Positions 24,501-38,520 of a stretch of 64,000 nt of DNA are shown here, in pieces. Made by a program: the position numbers and the translations under genes. Position 1 is the first letter of the stretch. Each line of letters begins with the position of its first letter. Location of the stretch: assembly GCA_964016885.1 (NCBI GenBank), contig OZ024743.1, positions 238,390,001-238,454,000 on the forward strand, given 5' to 3'. Below the pieces are notes generated by a model. That model was not told where the DNA came from and made no database searches. It was given only the letters and a program-made list of their open reading frames with translations. This DNA comes from Eledone cirrhosa. Lineage: Eukaryota.

Positions 24501-25011
24501 GCCTGAGCAGGTTGGTGAGGCTCTTGCACCCTCCACCCCTATCCGCTAATCCCACACAGTCCCAGCGTGCATCTAAGATCCCGTTCCAGTCGCCCACTAA
24601 CACTAAAGAGCGCGACGTTCCAAGAAAGGTCTCCAGACGCCGGAAGAAATCAGGCCGCCCTGCTCCTGTCGGGGCATAGACGGCCACTAGCCTGAAAGCT
24701 TGCCCGTCTCCGCTGGTCACGTCCAGCACCACCAGCTTACCCTCTGGGTCCAGGAAGATGGCCCGTATGGCGAGATCCAAACCTCTCCGAAAAAGCACAG
24801 CAACTCCTCCACCCGATCCAGGACGGCTGGGAGATGCGTACACATCGTAGCCGCCGAAGATCGGTGCGAAGGCCCGTGCTTCGGAGATTCTGGTCTCGCT
24901 GATGGCCACTACATCTATGTTTAGTGACCTGAGGTCGTTGAGCAGGTGACCCTGCTTCCATGACGACCCCAAGCCACGCGCATTTATGCTGCCTATTCTG
25001 AGTGAGGTCAT
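21592..25011 (-). CDS. Tx1 ORF2: APE endonuclease, reverse transcriptase and C-terminal CCHC (1139 aa, intact)
   Basis: SINARGL, ISET, VYAP, GDWN, SYLD, TDH (APE); KSPGLDG, NFRPITLLN, KAFDRV, RQGCPLS, YADD (RT); CPRC..ETVLHALVQC. Confidence 0.96.
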   Translation of the reverse strand: MTSLRIGSINARGLGSSWKQGHLLNDLRSLNIDVVAISETRISEARAFAPIFGGYDVYASPSRPGSGGGVAVLFRRGLDLAIRAIFLDPEGKLVVLDVTSGDGQAFRLVAVYAPTGAGRPDFFRRLETFLGTSRSLVLVGDWNGILDARWDCVGLADRGGGCKSLTNLLRRFELSDRYRLDFPNVPMWTWTNRIGSSRSYLDRVFCREIDRSSIGCPQFKIVSYTDHKFVICVLDLDRLHRRGPGYWKLNASLPARKAYRDRISELVKRALTGAIVNNKWWFALKRAIRIESIRFSKALAIEKNRAEGELVRKLDEALSKGIATDVLAAKLALDQFFNAKHEGCVVRARVRALRHEGTKAVQWARVAEARRGNKATIRSLVDHDGRMLLDPGQMCEAFQRHFAQLFGGSGGPGRGMDFSVYLDGLPRLSATEAKCCEKPITAAEVREAMTGCTRGKSPGLDGLPYELYVQMPDLFGGLLADVYCNWQQNGRIPSSVSRGAVALLRKDPNKGDNIDNFRPITLLNTEFKILAKVLAKRLALVVGGLVGEAQTCAIPDRSIHDNLHLMRYIVERVAREPGTGGSLINLDQSKAFDRVDHRYLAAVLRAAGFGPVFRGWIAAMHSDICSVVRVNGHLSEPFNIMRSVRQGCPLSSLLYVLTLEPLLHKLETLRGVPRELGCGRSVSAYADDVTVVVSNAKHIEAIGTTLREYEAVTGAMINQEKSVGLQLGTWRGRSMPSNSVVGRWTDGPVKLLGVWFGPDLQTDKNWDEVTSRVASLTQKWAERKLSLKGRAEVANAYIASVICYRLTVVPCPKPRLTALERLLFRFLWKGRAPMVRRSICCQHPLRGGLGMPWLMMRRHALRLRHLHLFLDGDQVWSPFARRVFPQLVSLTELQSWVKRRPRGSAWRLECLQALTALDQSGNVIGGNSTSAFYRGLVEGKSDDVLGETLGVDENQLANLFGRTFGPGPMDNFQKSLAWQCYRGALPVRDKLYRHGGAVSRACPRCAQGDETVLHALVQCPKIADLWVYVEHLLSRLGRIQLSSESIVRIAPPSSFSREGQAVFICLVAMAKEIVWWTRLKGLKTSTYLFGDALIDFFKFHLKRKIRVEKEVLSSQHFVERWVREARMARVNGPTLSIYL

Positions 25012-25046
25012 GTTTAAAATAGAGTGGAAAAGATGGGAAAGACCAC

Positions 25047-27120
25047 TTACCGTATTTTTGGTAGAGGAGGGATGGTTTTTACATCCCTTTTCACTTGATC
25101 GTCTGGTGAAGGGACCGTTGAATCGTCCCTTCGGCTGGTCGTCGGCTCTTCTAAGAGAATGTCTGAATATACTCTTCGATTAATGGTTCCTCCTAGGTCC
25201 CTGAAATCACCAACTGCGTTGGGGAATTTCGTTTTAATGTTTGTGTATTGTTTCTGTGCTATTTTTAGCAGTCTTATGTTAGTTGGCGTTTTGATTGGTG
25301 CTGGTATTATGTAGTCCTGTTGTGAAATGTCTGTGTGTTCAATTATGTAAGTCATTAGTTTCTTGTTGTGTGTGTTTATTGCCGTGCATTTGTTTTTCTG
25401 GGGGTGGGGTGTGGTTCTGCTATTTTCTTGTCGTTGTTGCTGGGTGTGTGTGTTTTGTTGTTGTGTTTGCGATGTTGGTGCTTGTGGTGGTGGTGTTGAA
25501 GGTGTTGTTGGCGGTGGGGTTGTCGCCGGTGGTGATGGTGGTGCTGGTGTGGGTGGTGATGGTGTTGGTGGTGTTGCTGCTGTGGGTCTCTTTGCAGTAG
25601 ACTTTACCCTTTTCTCATTTCTTTCCTCCCTTTTCAAAGGCGACGATGCGCTGCTTCTGCGTTTGTGCCTTCTTGAGACCTTTTGCCATCCCTCTCCCAC
25701 CTCACACTCCATGTCTGATTCTGTAAGGTCGGGGAGGGGTACCAGCTCCACTCTTTCACTTGTTGTTGTTGGTGATGTTTGCACTGGAGTCTCTGTTGCA
25801 GCTGCATTTGGTATTGCTGTTGTTGTTGTTAATATTTCCACTGCTGCTGCTGTCTTTGATTTCCGTGGAGTGGGTATGGGTGCCACGGACCTATCGTTCC
25901 TGGTTGCCGCTTGTCCTGTTGCTGGTAGCCGTGGAACCGGATTCGGGAGGAGGGGGGTTTTCTCCTTTCTCAGGGTCTTCTCGTTGCAGAAGGCCCTGAG
26001 GTGAGTCTTCGATCCACAGCGAAAGCATTTCGGGCGTTTGCCCTCAACACTTATGGGCAGTTGAGTGCCGTTATCGAAGTCTATCACATCCGGGATAGCT
26101 TCGATGCACTCCTGGTTGGTTTGGATTAGCATCTCAATGGAGGAGCCGACCCAATCTTCTCTTACTTTTTTCTGTACTTGCAGTACAGTTGTTTTGTCCT
26201 CGATTCCGACGAGGACAGACGCGGCCAGCCAAGAAGGGGTCATTCCGGGGGGGACGTGGGTCAGTTTGACCCTCACAATTTTTTGCCCGCAGTAGGAGGG
26301 CACCAACACCATTTCCTCGCTCCTTAGGGTCACTACTGATTGGGCCTTTGCCTCCTGGGGTGTGGCAAAAAGTACGTCTACGGTGGCGTATTTTTTGCCT
26401 CGGGTGATGTGCGTTTTCCTCTGCCACACAGACCCCAAGGCTTTTTGTATTTGGGCCTCTGTGGCTCTTTCCACCCTACGGGATTTTGTACTTACTGTAC
26501 GGTACGTGACCGTACAGTGCTCTTGGGTTTCGAAAAAATTTTTCGCTGCCTTGCAGATTGCTCGGTGTCCGTTCTTTGTCACCATCTTCTTCGCTTCCTC
26601 TAATTCCTCATTTGTTATGAGGATTGTTTCCAGGTTTTTCGCAATACCTGCAAATGAGATTGGTTTTTCTCTGCTGTTGTTGTTGTCGTCAGAGCTGCTG
26701 GTACTTTTGTTGTTGCTGCAGGTACTACGACTACTGCCTCCGCCGCTGTTGCTGTGGTTGTTGTTGGTGTTGCTGCTGCTAATGCTGTTGTTGTTTATGC
26801 TGCTGGTGATGCTGTTGCGGCTGCTACTGTTGTTTTCATTGTCACTGTTGCTGTTGTTATTACGGCTGCTACTGCTATTATTCCTGACGTCAGACGAATG
26901 AACTGGGTTTTCGTATTTCCCGCACACCTGTTTCGTCGCTGTCGTCGTCGTCGTGGAGAAATCTTGCACGCTTTGCACGAGACTTTTCTTTTCTTTCGTC
27001 GCTTGCGAAAGAGAAGGTAGGGAGAGAGACACATTTAAAGAAGGGAGGGAGAGAGACAATCTTCTCTCTCCTGTAGTGATGATTGAGGAAGAAGAAGACG
27101 GAATGAGTGGGAGTGACGTA

Positions 27121-27156
<36 letters not shown>

Positions 27157-27164
27157 GTAGCCAT
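25047..27164 (-). CDS. Tx1 ORF1 nucleic-acid-binding protein with zinc knuckle (probable ATG at 27164)
   Basis: CFRCGSKTHLRAFC CCHC knuckle, SFAGIAK and WQKVSRR motifs, S/N- and P/T-rich tracts; directly upstream of ORF2. Confidence 0.85.
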
Positions 27165-27377
27165 GTTTTTTTGTTTAAAATGAAATTTTGGGTACAAAAC
27201 CCCAATAACTGGCTATTTAACCCCGAAGGGCCAAATAACGGACAGAAAGACCCCTCTCACGAGGAGGAGGGTGTCTTTATCAACAATTTGGTTCAAGTTT
27301 TAAACAATTTACAATTGTTTTAACGGTTAAAAATTACTATACCTTACAGAGCCGAGCCTCCGTCAACCATGGCATTC

Positions 27378-27419
<42 letters not shown>

Positions 27420-27420
<1 letters not shown>

Positions 27421-29020
27421 TTTTCTTTATTAACCACTAGGGTTTACACAAAGTAGACATTAAGGACAGTACAGGACAATACAGGACGGTACAAATGGGC
27501 ATTTCTGCGTGTAAAAAAAACAAAAAAAGAGAGGATGTAATAAAAGAACAATGAAAAATTCCCCAATTGGGAGTGACTTCCGAGGGCCATCGTGGAGAAA
27601 GCCCATTAAAAAAGCCACGGTGACCCTGACCACCAGGGCAAGTGTCCTCTCCCAGTTTTCCACCTTCAATTTACAGGCATATACTCAGAGTCACTCGGGT
27701 CATTCTTGCCTCTCTCACCCATCTTTCAACAAAAAGCTGGGAAGAGAGCACCCCCCTCTCTACTCTGATTTTCCTTTTCAAATGAAATTGGAAAAAGTTA
27801 ATCAGGGCATCACCGAAGAGGTAAGTGCTCGTCTTCAGCCCTTTCAGACGCGTCCACCATACTATCTCTTTCGCCATGGCCACCAGACAGATAAAAACTG
27901 CCTGCCCTTCCCGGCTAAAGGAAGAGGGCGGGGCAATCCTCACGATGGACTCAGCTGATAGTCGGATCCGTTCTACAAGCAACAGCAGGTGTTCGACATA
28001 AACCCACAAGTCAGCAATGCTCGGACACTGGACGAGTTCGTGCAGGACGGTTTCGTCGCCCTGCGCGCATCTCGGACATGCCCGGCTGACGGCACCTCCA
28101 TGCCTGTAGAGTTTATCCCGAACTGGCAAAGATTTCTGGAAGTTGTCCATAGGCCCCGACTCGAAAGTTCTTCCAAAGAGATTGGCTAGTTGATTTTCGT
28201 CGACGCCTAGAGTTTTCCCAAGTACGTCGTCGCTCTTCCCCTCCACTAATCCTCTATAGAACGCCAAGGTGGAGTTTCCACCGATCACATTGCCCGATTG
28301 GTCGAGGGCTGTGAGCGCCTGAAGATATTCCAGTCTCCAAGCGCTCCCTCTCGGTCTTCGCTTGACCCAGGACTGCAGCTCCGTCAAGAAGATGAGCGGG
28401 GGAAAGACGCGTCTAGCAAACGGCGACCACACCTGATCACCGTCGAGGAAGAGGTGGAGATGTCGTAGCCTGAGCGCGTGTCTGTGCATCATCAGCCACG
28501 GCATGCCCTGCCTTCCACGTAGCGGGTGTTGACAGCAGATGGACCGCCTGACCATCGAAGCGCGCCCCTTCCACAAAAAGCGAAAGAGCAAACGCTCCAG
28601 CGCAGTCAGGCGAGGTTTAGGACAAGGCTCCACGGTCAGGCGGTAGTAGATGACGGACGCGTTGTTCAGGGATAGCTTCCTCTGGGTGAGAGAAACCACC
28701 CTGCTCGTCACCTCGTCCCAGTTTTTGTCCGTCTGGATGTCCGGACTGAACCAGACCCCTAGCAATTTAACCGGTCCGTCCGTCCAGCACCCGACGACGC
28801 CGTTGGACGGCATGGACCTGCTTCTCCAGGTGCCGAGCTGCAGACCCACCGACTTTTCATGGTTGATCATTGCTCCTGTCACCGCTTCGTATTCTCTTAG
28901 TGTAGTGCCGATCGCCTTGATGTGTTTGGCGTTCGACACCACTACGGTGACATCGTCCGCATATGTTGACACGGATCTTCCGCATCCTAGTTCGCGCGGG
29001 ACCCCCCTCAACGTCTCCAA
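27420..29020 (-). mobile_element. Tx1 5'-truncated copy (same subfamily as 21329-27377)
   Basis: 449-aa ORF homologous to the ORF2 C-terminal half, with small in-frame deletions; same 3' UTR. Confidence 0.92.
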
Positions 29021-29039
29021 TTTCTGCAGAGGCTCAATG

Positions 29040-29182
29040 GAAGCCCGTCGAATGAACTTTAGTTGTAATTAAAAGGTCCAGCCTTGTCACACTGATTCTA
29101 TTCAAGAATTACCTTAAGGCTACATATTCAGTCGCTATATTACAAATTGATTGAACTTATTCCTCGTCGAAATCGACGGAAG
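29040..29182 (+). mobile_element. SINE family 2 fragment
   Basis: gtaattaaaaggtccagccttgtcacac matches the bodies of the 45833 and 59541 SINEs. Confidence 0.55.
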
Positions 29183-29744
29183 TTCAACACACACACACAT
29201 ACACTCACACATACACTCACAGACACATACACACACATACAAACATACACACATATACATACATACGCACACATATATAATCTATATAAAATCCTGCGCA
29301 TATATATATATATGAGTGTGTATGTGTATGTGTGTGTGTGTACGTGCGTGAACCTGTATGTATGTCCCACTCTGTCTTTGTGTGTGTGTGTAATTCACTG
29401 AAACACCTACAGTATATATATATATATGTATATATATGACGTGTGCGCGCGCGTGTGTCTATGTGTTTGTGTGTGAATGTATAAACCACTTCTTTTGTTC
29501 TCCAGTTGCCACCGTGCGTCTCATTTTTCTCCGCCAACATCTTTCATCTTCTGCATTTTGCCTTTGGTGATGAAATAGTGACACCTAGCGGCCAGGCAAA
29601 ATAACCTCAGTGACAGGGTGAGACAACTGAAGTGAATTCCCGGCGGGATTGGTTGAGCTAAATTGACTGTTTGGTTTCAGTGAATGCTCCAGGGAACTGC
29701 AGAGGTGACCAAACTGGTTCGGTTATGAGACTGAAATTGTTTGT

Positions 29745-30330
29745 GTGTGAGTGTGTGCGTGTGTTTATGATTGCATCCGTGTGTGTGTGTGTGTGTGTGT
29801 GCACGTGTGATTGCGCATGTGTCTGTATGAGTGTATTAGTGTGAATGTGTATGCTTGTATGTGTTAAGTAGTGTGTGTATGTGTGTGTGAGGTCGCGTCT
29901 GTGTGTATGTGCGTGTGTTATTGCGACTGTGTCAGTGTTAGTGTAAATGTGTGTATGTGTTTGTTCATGTGTGGGTGCGTTTGCGAGTATGTGTCTGGTG
30001 GTGTGTGTGTGTGAATTTGTATGTGTAAGTGTGTATTTGTGTGTGAGATAGTGTGTGTGTATGTATGTGTGTTAGTGTTTGTGTCAGTGTGTCTGTGAAT
30101 GTGTGAGTGAGCGGGTTTATGTGCGCTATGAGTAAGTGTGTGCGTGAGTGAGTGTGCCAGTGTGTTAGTACGTTTGTGTGAGTGTGCGTTTGTTTGTATT
30201 TCTGCGTGTATATGTTGTGTGTGTGTGAATGTGTGTCTTTGTCTATATGTGAATGTAGGTAATTGTTTGTGTGTGCATGTACATGAGAGTCTAGGTGTGT
30301 ATATATGTGTATGTGTATTATATATGTCCA
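29745..30330. repeat. Degenerate (GT)n satellite
   Basis: Interrupted GT dinucleotide tract. Confidence 0.85.
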
Positions 30331-30960
30331 CATACACTGACACACATAAGATAATATGTGAATATTTTTTTCTGTAATTCGCTTATTTTCATTGTTTAAC
30401 ACGTTATATTTTTTAACGGTGTCTTCAAACTTGTCCAAGAGCCTGATGACTAGGTCACAGATGTAATCTTTCTTCCAATCTGCACCACCTAGCACAATCT
30501 GGGGAGATGGCCATAATTGGACTTTGAAATATTAGGTAGCGCTTTTTGTTCCGTGTGTGAACATAAATAATTGTTTCTACTTTTGCCACAAGGCCAGCAA
30601 TTACCACAGTACATTACTGGTGCTTTATTTTATCGACACCGTAAGAATGAAAGGCAAAGTTAAGCCCGGCGGGATTTGAACTCAGAACGCAAAGGGACGT
30701 AACTACAGATTGGAAGAGAGATTAAATTTGTGACCTAGTCATCAGGCGGTTGGACAAGTTTGAAGACACCGTAAAAAAATATAACGTGTAAAACAATGAA
30801 AAAAAGTGAATAACAGAAAAAAAATATTCACATATTATCGTATGTGTGTGAGTGTCCGAGAACATACATAATACACATACGCAAACGTATACACACCTAG
30901 ACACTCATGTACATGCACACACAAACAATTACCTACAGTCTCATACAGACAAAGACACAC
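30232..30960. repeat. Inverted repeat (arms about 30232-30482 and 30706-30960) of a pseudo-LTR-like family, with a SINE in the spacer
   Basis: ggtgtcttcaaacttgtcc..ctgatgactaggtcac is mirrored by gtgacctagtcatcagg..ggacaagtttgaagacacc. Confidence 0.85.
30569..30705 (-). mobile_element. SINE family 1
   Basis: Reverse complement of the gagttcaaatcccgccg..tttgcctttcat core. Confidence 0.8.
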
Positions 30961-30992
30961 AACACACACCAATAGCGCACTTAATAAAATAT

Positions 30993-31076
<84 letters not shown>

Positions 31077-31200
31077 GTATCCACAGTAAGTTGTGGGGTC
31101 TATTCTGCATGAACAACTCGATAATCCATATGTTGAAAATGTTGTAGGTTAAGATAAATCCCGGAAAACAATAACACATTAAAAGGAAAACAGAGTCATG

Positions 31201-32331
31201 ATATAAGTTAAAACAATGAAATAAAAAATCAAGTCATTAGAGATATACTTCACTGCTTTACGATCGTTTCTAGGTGATGATAATACATTGTAGCTATACT
31301 CCGTTATTGATCTATGTAAGGTTAGTTACACAATAACAGATAAAGAAATATTTACTTACATGCATATCACCAGCTGTTTTCAAAAGCAATACTAATTTTA
31401 TTCAGAATTAGTAGTATGTTAGTATCATGTCCTTATTTGGAGGATGTTGAAGAACTGACCAATCAAATTGTTTTTTTCATATGATGTTAAGATGAAAAGT
31501 AATACACTTTAGTTGAGGTCATGACCCTTTGAAAGGAATGGTTGAATGGTGTTAATAGCAGAATTGGCATACGAATCTATTAGGAGGAAAGGGATTGTCA
31601 AACTGATAGTTGAATGTATCTAGTATAGTGAGGTTTAAAAGGAGTGTAAAAATAAATGGTGATTAGTGTTGTATTGAATTTTTAGGTGAATATAAATTAA
31701 GGTTATGGCTAGGAAAGATAGTATATTAAAAGATGAAAATTATAAGAGAATGAAATACAGTAATGCGATAATATACAACATAACCAACACAATATAGTAC
31801 GGTGTGGTAAATTGCACTTAATACAGCATATGATACGCTCTAAAATACTATCAAGTATGTTTATGTATAAATAATCAAACTATATATACATAATCACCAT
31901 TTATTTTTACATTCCTTTTAAACTTCACTATACCAGATACATTCAACTATCAGTTTGACAATCCCTTTCCTCCTAATAGATTTTTATGCCAATTCTACTA
32001 TTAACACCATTCAACCATTCCTTTCAAAGTGTCATGACCTCAACTAAAGTGTATTACTTTTCATCTTAACACCATATGAAAAAAATAATTTGATTGGTTA
32101 GTTCTTCAATGATACTAACATACTACTAATTCTGAATAAAATTATTATTGCTTTTGAAAACAGCTGGTGATATGCATGTAAGTAAATATTCTCTTTATCT
32201 GATATTTTGTAACTAACCTTACATAGATCAATAACGGAGTAAGGCTACAATGTATTATCATCACCTAGAAACGATCGTAAAGCAGTGAAGTATATCTCTA
32301 ATGACTTGATATTTTTATTTCATTGTTTTAA

Positions 32332-32336
<5 letters not shown>
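31201..32336. repeat. Fold-back element with ~465-bp inverted arms (31201-31665 / 31891-32336)
   Basis: Arms are near-identical reverse complements; ends at (TA)n; each arm holds a hammerhead-like motif. Confidence 0.92.
32146..32287 (+). ncRNA. Hammerhead-like motif with U3:A8 core and long stem II (mirror copy on - in the left arm)
   Basis: tattgctt-TTGAAAA-..ggtgat../..atcacc..-GAAA-c gatc g-TA-aagcagtg; base of stem II is imperfect. Confidence 0.45.
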
Positions 32337-32382
<46 letters not shown>

Positions 32383-32386
<4 letters not shown>

Positions 32387-32960
32387 AAAAATCGGTGAAT
32401 ATGAAAAAGGAAAAGAGAAAAACAGTGCTCAGCCATGCATGAGCACTGATATATATTATTAATGTATGTTCAAACACGAAACAAAAGTGTTACCTAAGGT
32501 TTCAAGGCCCAGATTTGACCATCTACCCAGATTGTAAGAGCGATCGAATGTTTAATCTAGTTATCAATCGTTTAGAGGAGTTTGAAGACATCGTTGAAAA
32601 TATAGTGTGTTAAACGCTTCTTTATGAAAATTTAGTATAACAAAGGGAAATAACTGAAAGATGTAAAATTGAAGTGGCTATTAGTATTCTATAGCTTAAT
32701 AAATATAAATATCTCTATAGCACGACATAATACCATACATCTGTTATATTGCGTACGCAGTAACACACGAATACTCCCTCAAGCAACTGACGACTAGGTC
32801 ACACATTTGATCGCATTTACAATCTGGGGAGATGGTCAAAATTGGGCATTGAAACCCTAGGTAACTCTTTTGTTTCGTATTTGAACATAAATAAATAATA
32901 TATATCAGTTCTCATACATGGCTTTCTTATTCCTTTTTCATATTCATCGATTTTTTACTA
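32383..32960. repeat. Diverged inverted repeat of the same family as 30232-30960
   Basis: caaaagtgttacctaaggtttcaagg mirrored by gaaaccctaggtaactcttttg; outer ends gtaaaaaatcggtgaatatg / catattcatcgattttttac. Confidence 0.8.
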
Positions 32961-32998
32961 CATAATATATATATATATTATTATTACTATATATATAG

Positions 32999-33155
32999 TG
33001 GTGGATTGGCAGTATCGGTAGAGGGTCGGACGCCATGCTTTGACGCATAGAGTTACGGCCCTTGCCATTCTGAGTTTAAATCCGGCCGAGGTTAACTTTG
33101 CCTTTCATCCTTACGGGGTCGATAAAATAAAGTATCAGTAATGTACTGGGTAATT
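32999..33155 (+). mobile_element. SINE family 1
   Basis: tggcagtatcggtagag A-box-like head, gagtttaaatcc B-box-like motif, shared core. Confidence 0.85.
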
Positions 33156-33157
33156 AT

Positions 33158-33206
<49 letters not shown>

Positions 33207-33333
33207 AAGTTCTATTTAAATTGTTGGGATACAACAAGCAAATATTATTTTTATAACTGATATAAAGCACTCAACAAATACTTGGAGTAAAAATACGATA
33301 TTAACAAATGGAAACTATATTTATAAAACCATA

Positions 33334-33403
33334 TTTATTTCATTATACATATTTCAAGAACACCAAGTTAAATTATGGTGCGCTTTCATCAGATAAAATA
33401 TAA
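33334..33403 (-). ncRNA. Mirror copy of the 33530 hammerhead ribozyme
   Basis: tcatcag at 33386-33392 and tttc upstream, in the left arm of the palindrome. Confidence 0.72.
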
Positions 33404-33529
33404 TATAGATCAGTTTTATAAATAAATATTGACATACCCTTAAAGAATGCAACCATTACTGTTGGAAGCTCCCGGTAATGGTTGCATTCTTTAAGGGTAT
33501 GTCAATATTTATTTATAAAACTGATCTAT

Positions 33530-33600
33530 ATTATATTTTATCTGATGAAAGCACACCATAATTTAACTTGGTGTCCTTGAAATATGTATAATGAAATAAA
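33530..33600 (+). ncRNA. Minimal type I hammerhead ribozyme
   Basis: tattttat-CTGATGA(33542)-aag.acacca/tggtgt.ctt-GAAA(33579)-t atgt a-TA-atgaaata. Confidence 0.8.
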
Positions 33601-33638
33601 TATGGTTTTATAAATATAGTTTCCATTTGTTAATATCG

Positions 33639-33689
<51 letters not shown>

Positions 33690-33921
33690 TATTAGTATTG
33701 GTGCTCTGAAATAGCGATGTATACATGAATGTATATATAGTATATTTGGCAATATAGAATTCCAGTAATAACCTCACAAGCAAGAAGCAGACTGTCTGTC
33801 GATCACTCTTTGTTGTTATTTGACGAGAATAAGTAAGTGACATAGTCACTGCTTTAAAACTCATAGCGAATGGTCTTCTAAATATTTTTAATTAAACATA
33901 CAATATATTTCCAAATATACT

Positions 33922-33998
<77 letters not shown>

Positions 33999-34003
33999 TA
34001 TAT

Positions 34004-37483
<3,480 letters not shown>

Positions 37484-37619
37484 CGTGTGTGTGTGTGTGT
37501 ATACTTAAATATGCACAAATAATAAATATTTGCTCTACGGGTTTATATATATATATAATCCTTATCGAGCCCTCTTCGGATTTTCGTCTTCACAACTATA
37601 TATATAAATATATAAATAT

Positions 37620-37785
37620 TTACGGATGTCTTTGTGCTGGAAGAAGGTGTTCATAACTGAGAGGTTAATACTAGAGGAACAGTCTAATAAGGCCTTCCAT
37701 TCGTATTTAGATCGGGATCGCCGTTCTTTCCAATCACTCCTTACTAAATCAGGTAGTCAGTGCCAATATGTGCATTGAAGTTTCC
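37620..37785 (-). mobile_element. RTE-type APE fragment
   Basis: FNAHIG..GVIGKNGDPDLN, homologous to 52090-52253. Confidence 0.7.
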
Positions 37786-38418
37786 CATTAGGATACATGA
37801 CACAGTGCTACCTACATCTAACGCTGCAGTGACTTCATCAAGGAAGGGTCTGTAATCGGGCTCTCTGCTTCAAGAGGGAAATCCACTCTCCCAATGGAAT
37901 CCATGTGGTTTGGGGATACATAACCTGTGTGCTTCCCACACCTCTTAGAACAGGAAGCATGCCCATCAAAAATTTTGACACAGGAACGATGTAGTAGTTT
38001 CAAGCTTGTTAGGTATCGTCAGCACCGTATACCCTTCTGCCAGATGGTTGAACGTTCGAAAGTATATACTTTCCTTATGAAAATTAACGGCTGAGCAGCC
38101 TAATTTGCATATCGAATGAGTTCAGTCGGCCAGGCGCACCGAAAACGATAAATGGAATAGAATGAAACGAAATTTCATTTCTCACTCTTAGTACGGCACT
38201 TACTTAAATGCAAGTATGTATGTATACGTACATACATATATGTATACAGACGTACAGTAGCATATGATAGCATACGTTTATCATTGATTGATAAAGATAT
38301 AAATATATATATATATATATATATGTAGTCTATCAAAGTTGTTTCGTTGCAACATCATCAGTGGTACTATTATGTTTCCTCATGTTGTATTGTATGTCTA
38401 CGCCATTTTTCATTTTTA

Positions 38419-38476
<58 letters not shown>

Positions 38477-38520
38477 ATAAGAAACGGAGAATCAGTGGTG
38501 CGACGAATAAGATTTATCAA

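Larger units (their letters stand above)
21329..27377 (-). mobile_element. Full-length Tx1-clade (L1 group) LINE inserted in (AAT)n
   Basis: 5' UTR, ORF1, 35-nt spacer, ORF2, 3' UTR with AATAAA and (ATT)n tail; (AAT)n at both ends. Confidence 0.92.
33293..33640. repeat. Near-perfect palindrome with ~165-bp arms and a ~15-nt loop
   Basis: tacgatattaacaaatggaaac...aaccattac / gtaatggtt...gtttccatttgttaatatcgta. Confidence 0.95.

Noticed and set aside
21919-26901. Numerous antisense and alternate-frame ORFs over the Tx1
   Set aside because: Expected shadows of GC-rich or low-complexity coding sequence; no motifs.
27246-27278. cctcctcgtg resembles the P3/L3 region of HDV-like ribozymes
   Set aside because: Could not build P1/P2/P1.1; it folds better as a simple hairpin and is not at the 5' end.
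30443-30550. CTGATGA...GAAA hammerhead candidates at 30443 and 32787
   Set aside because: Stem II base and stem I do not pair convincingly; not called as ribozymes.
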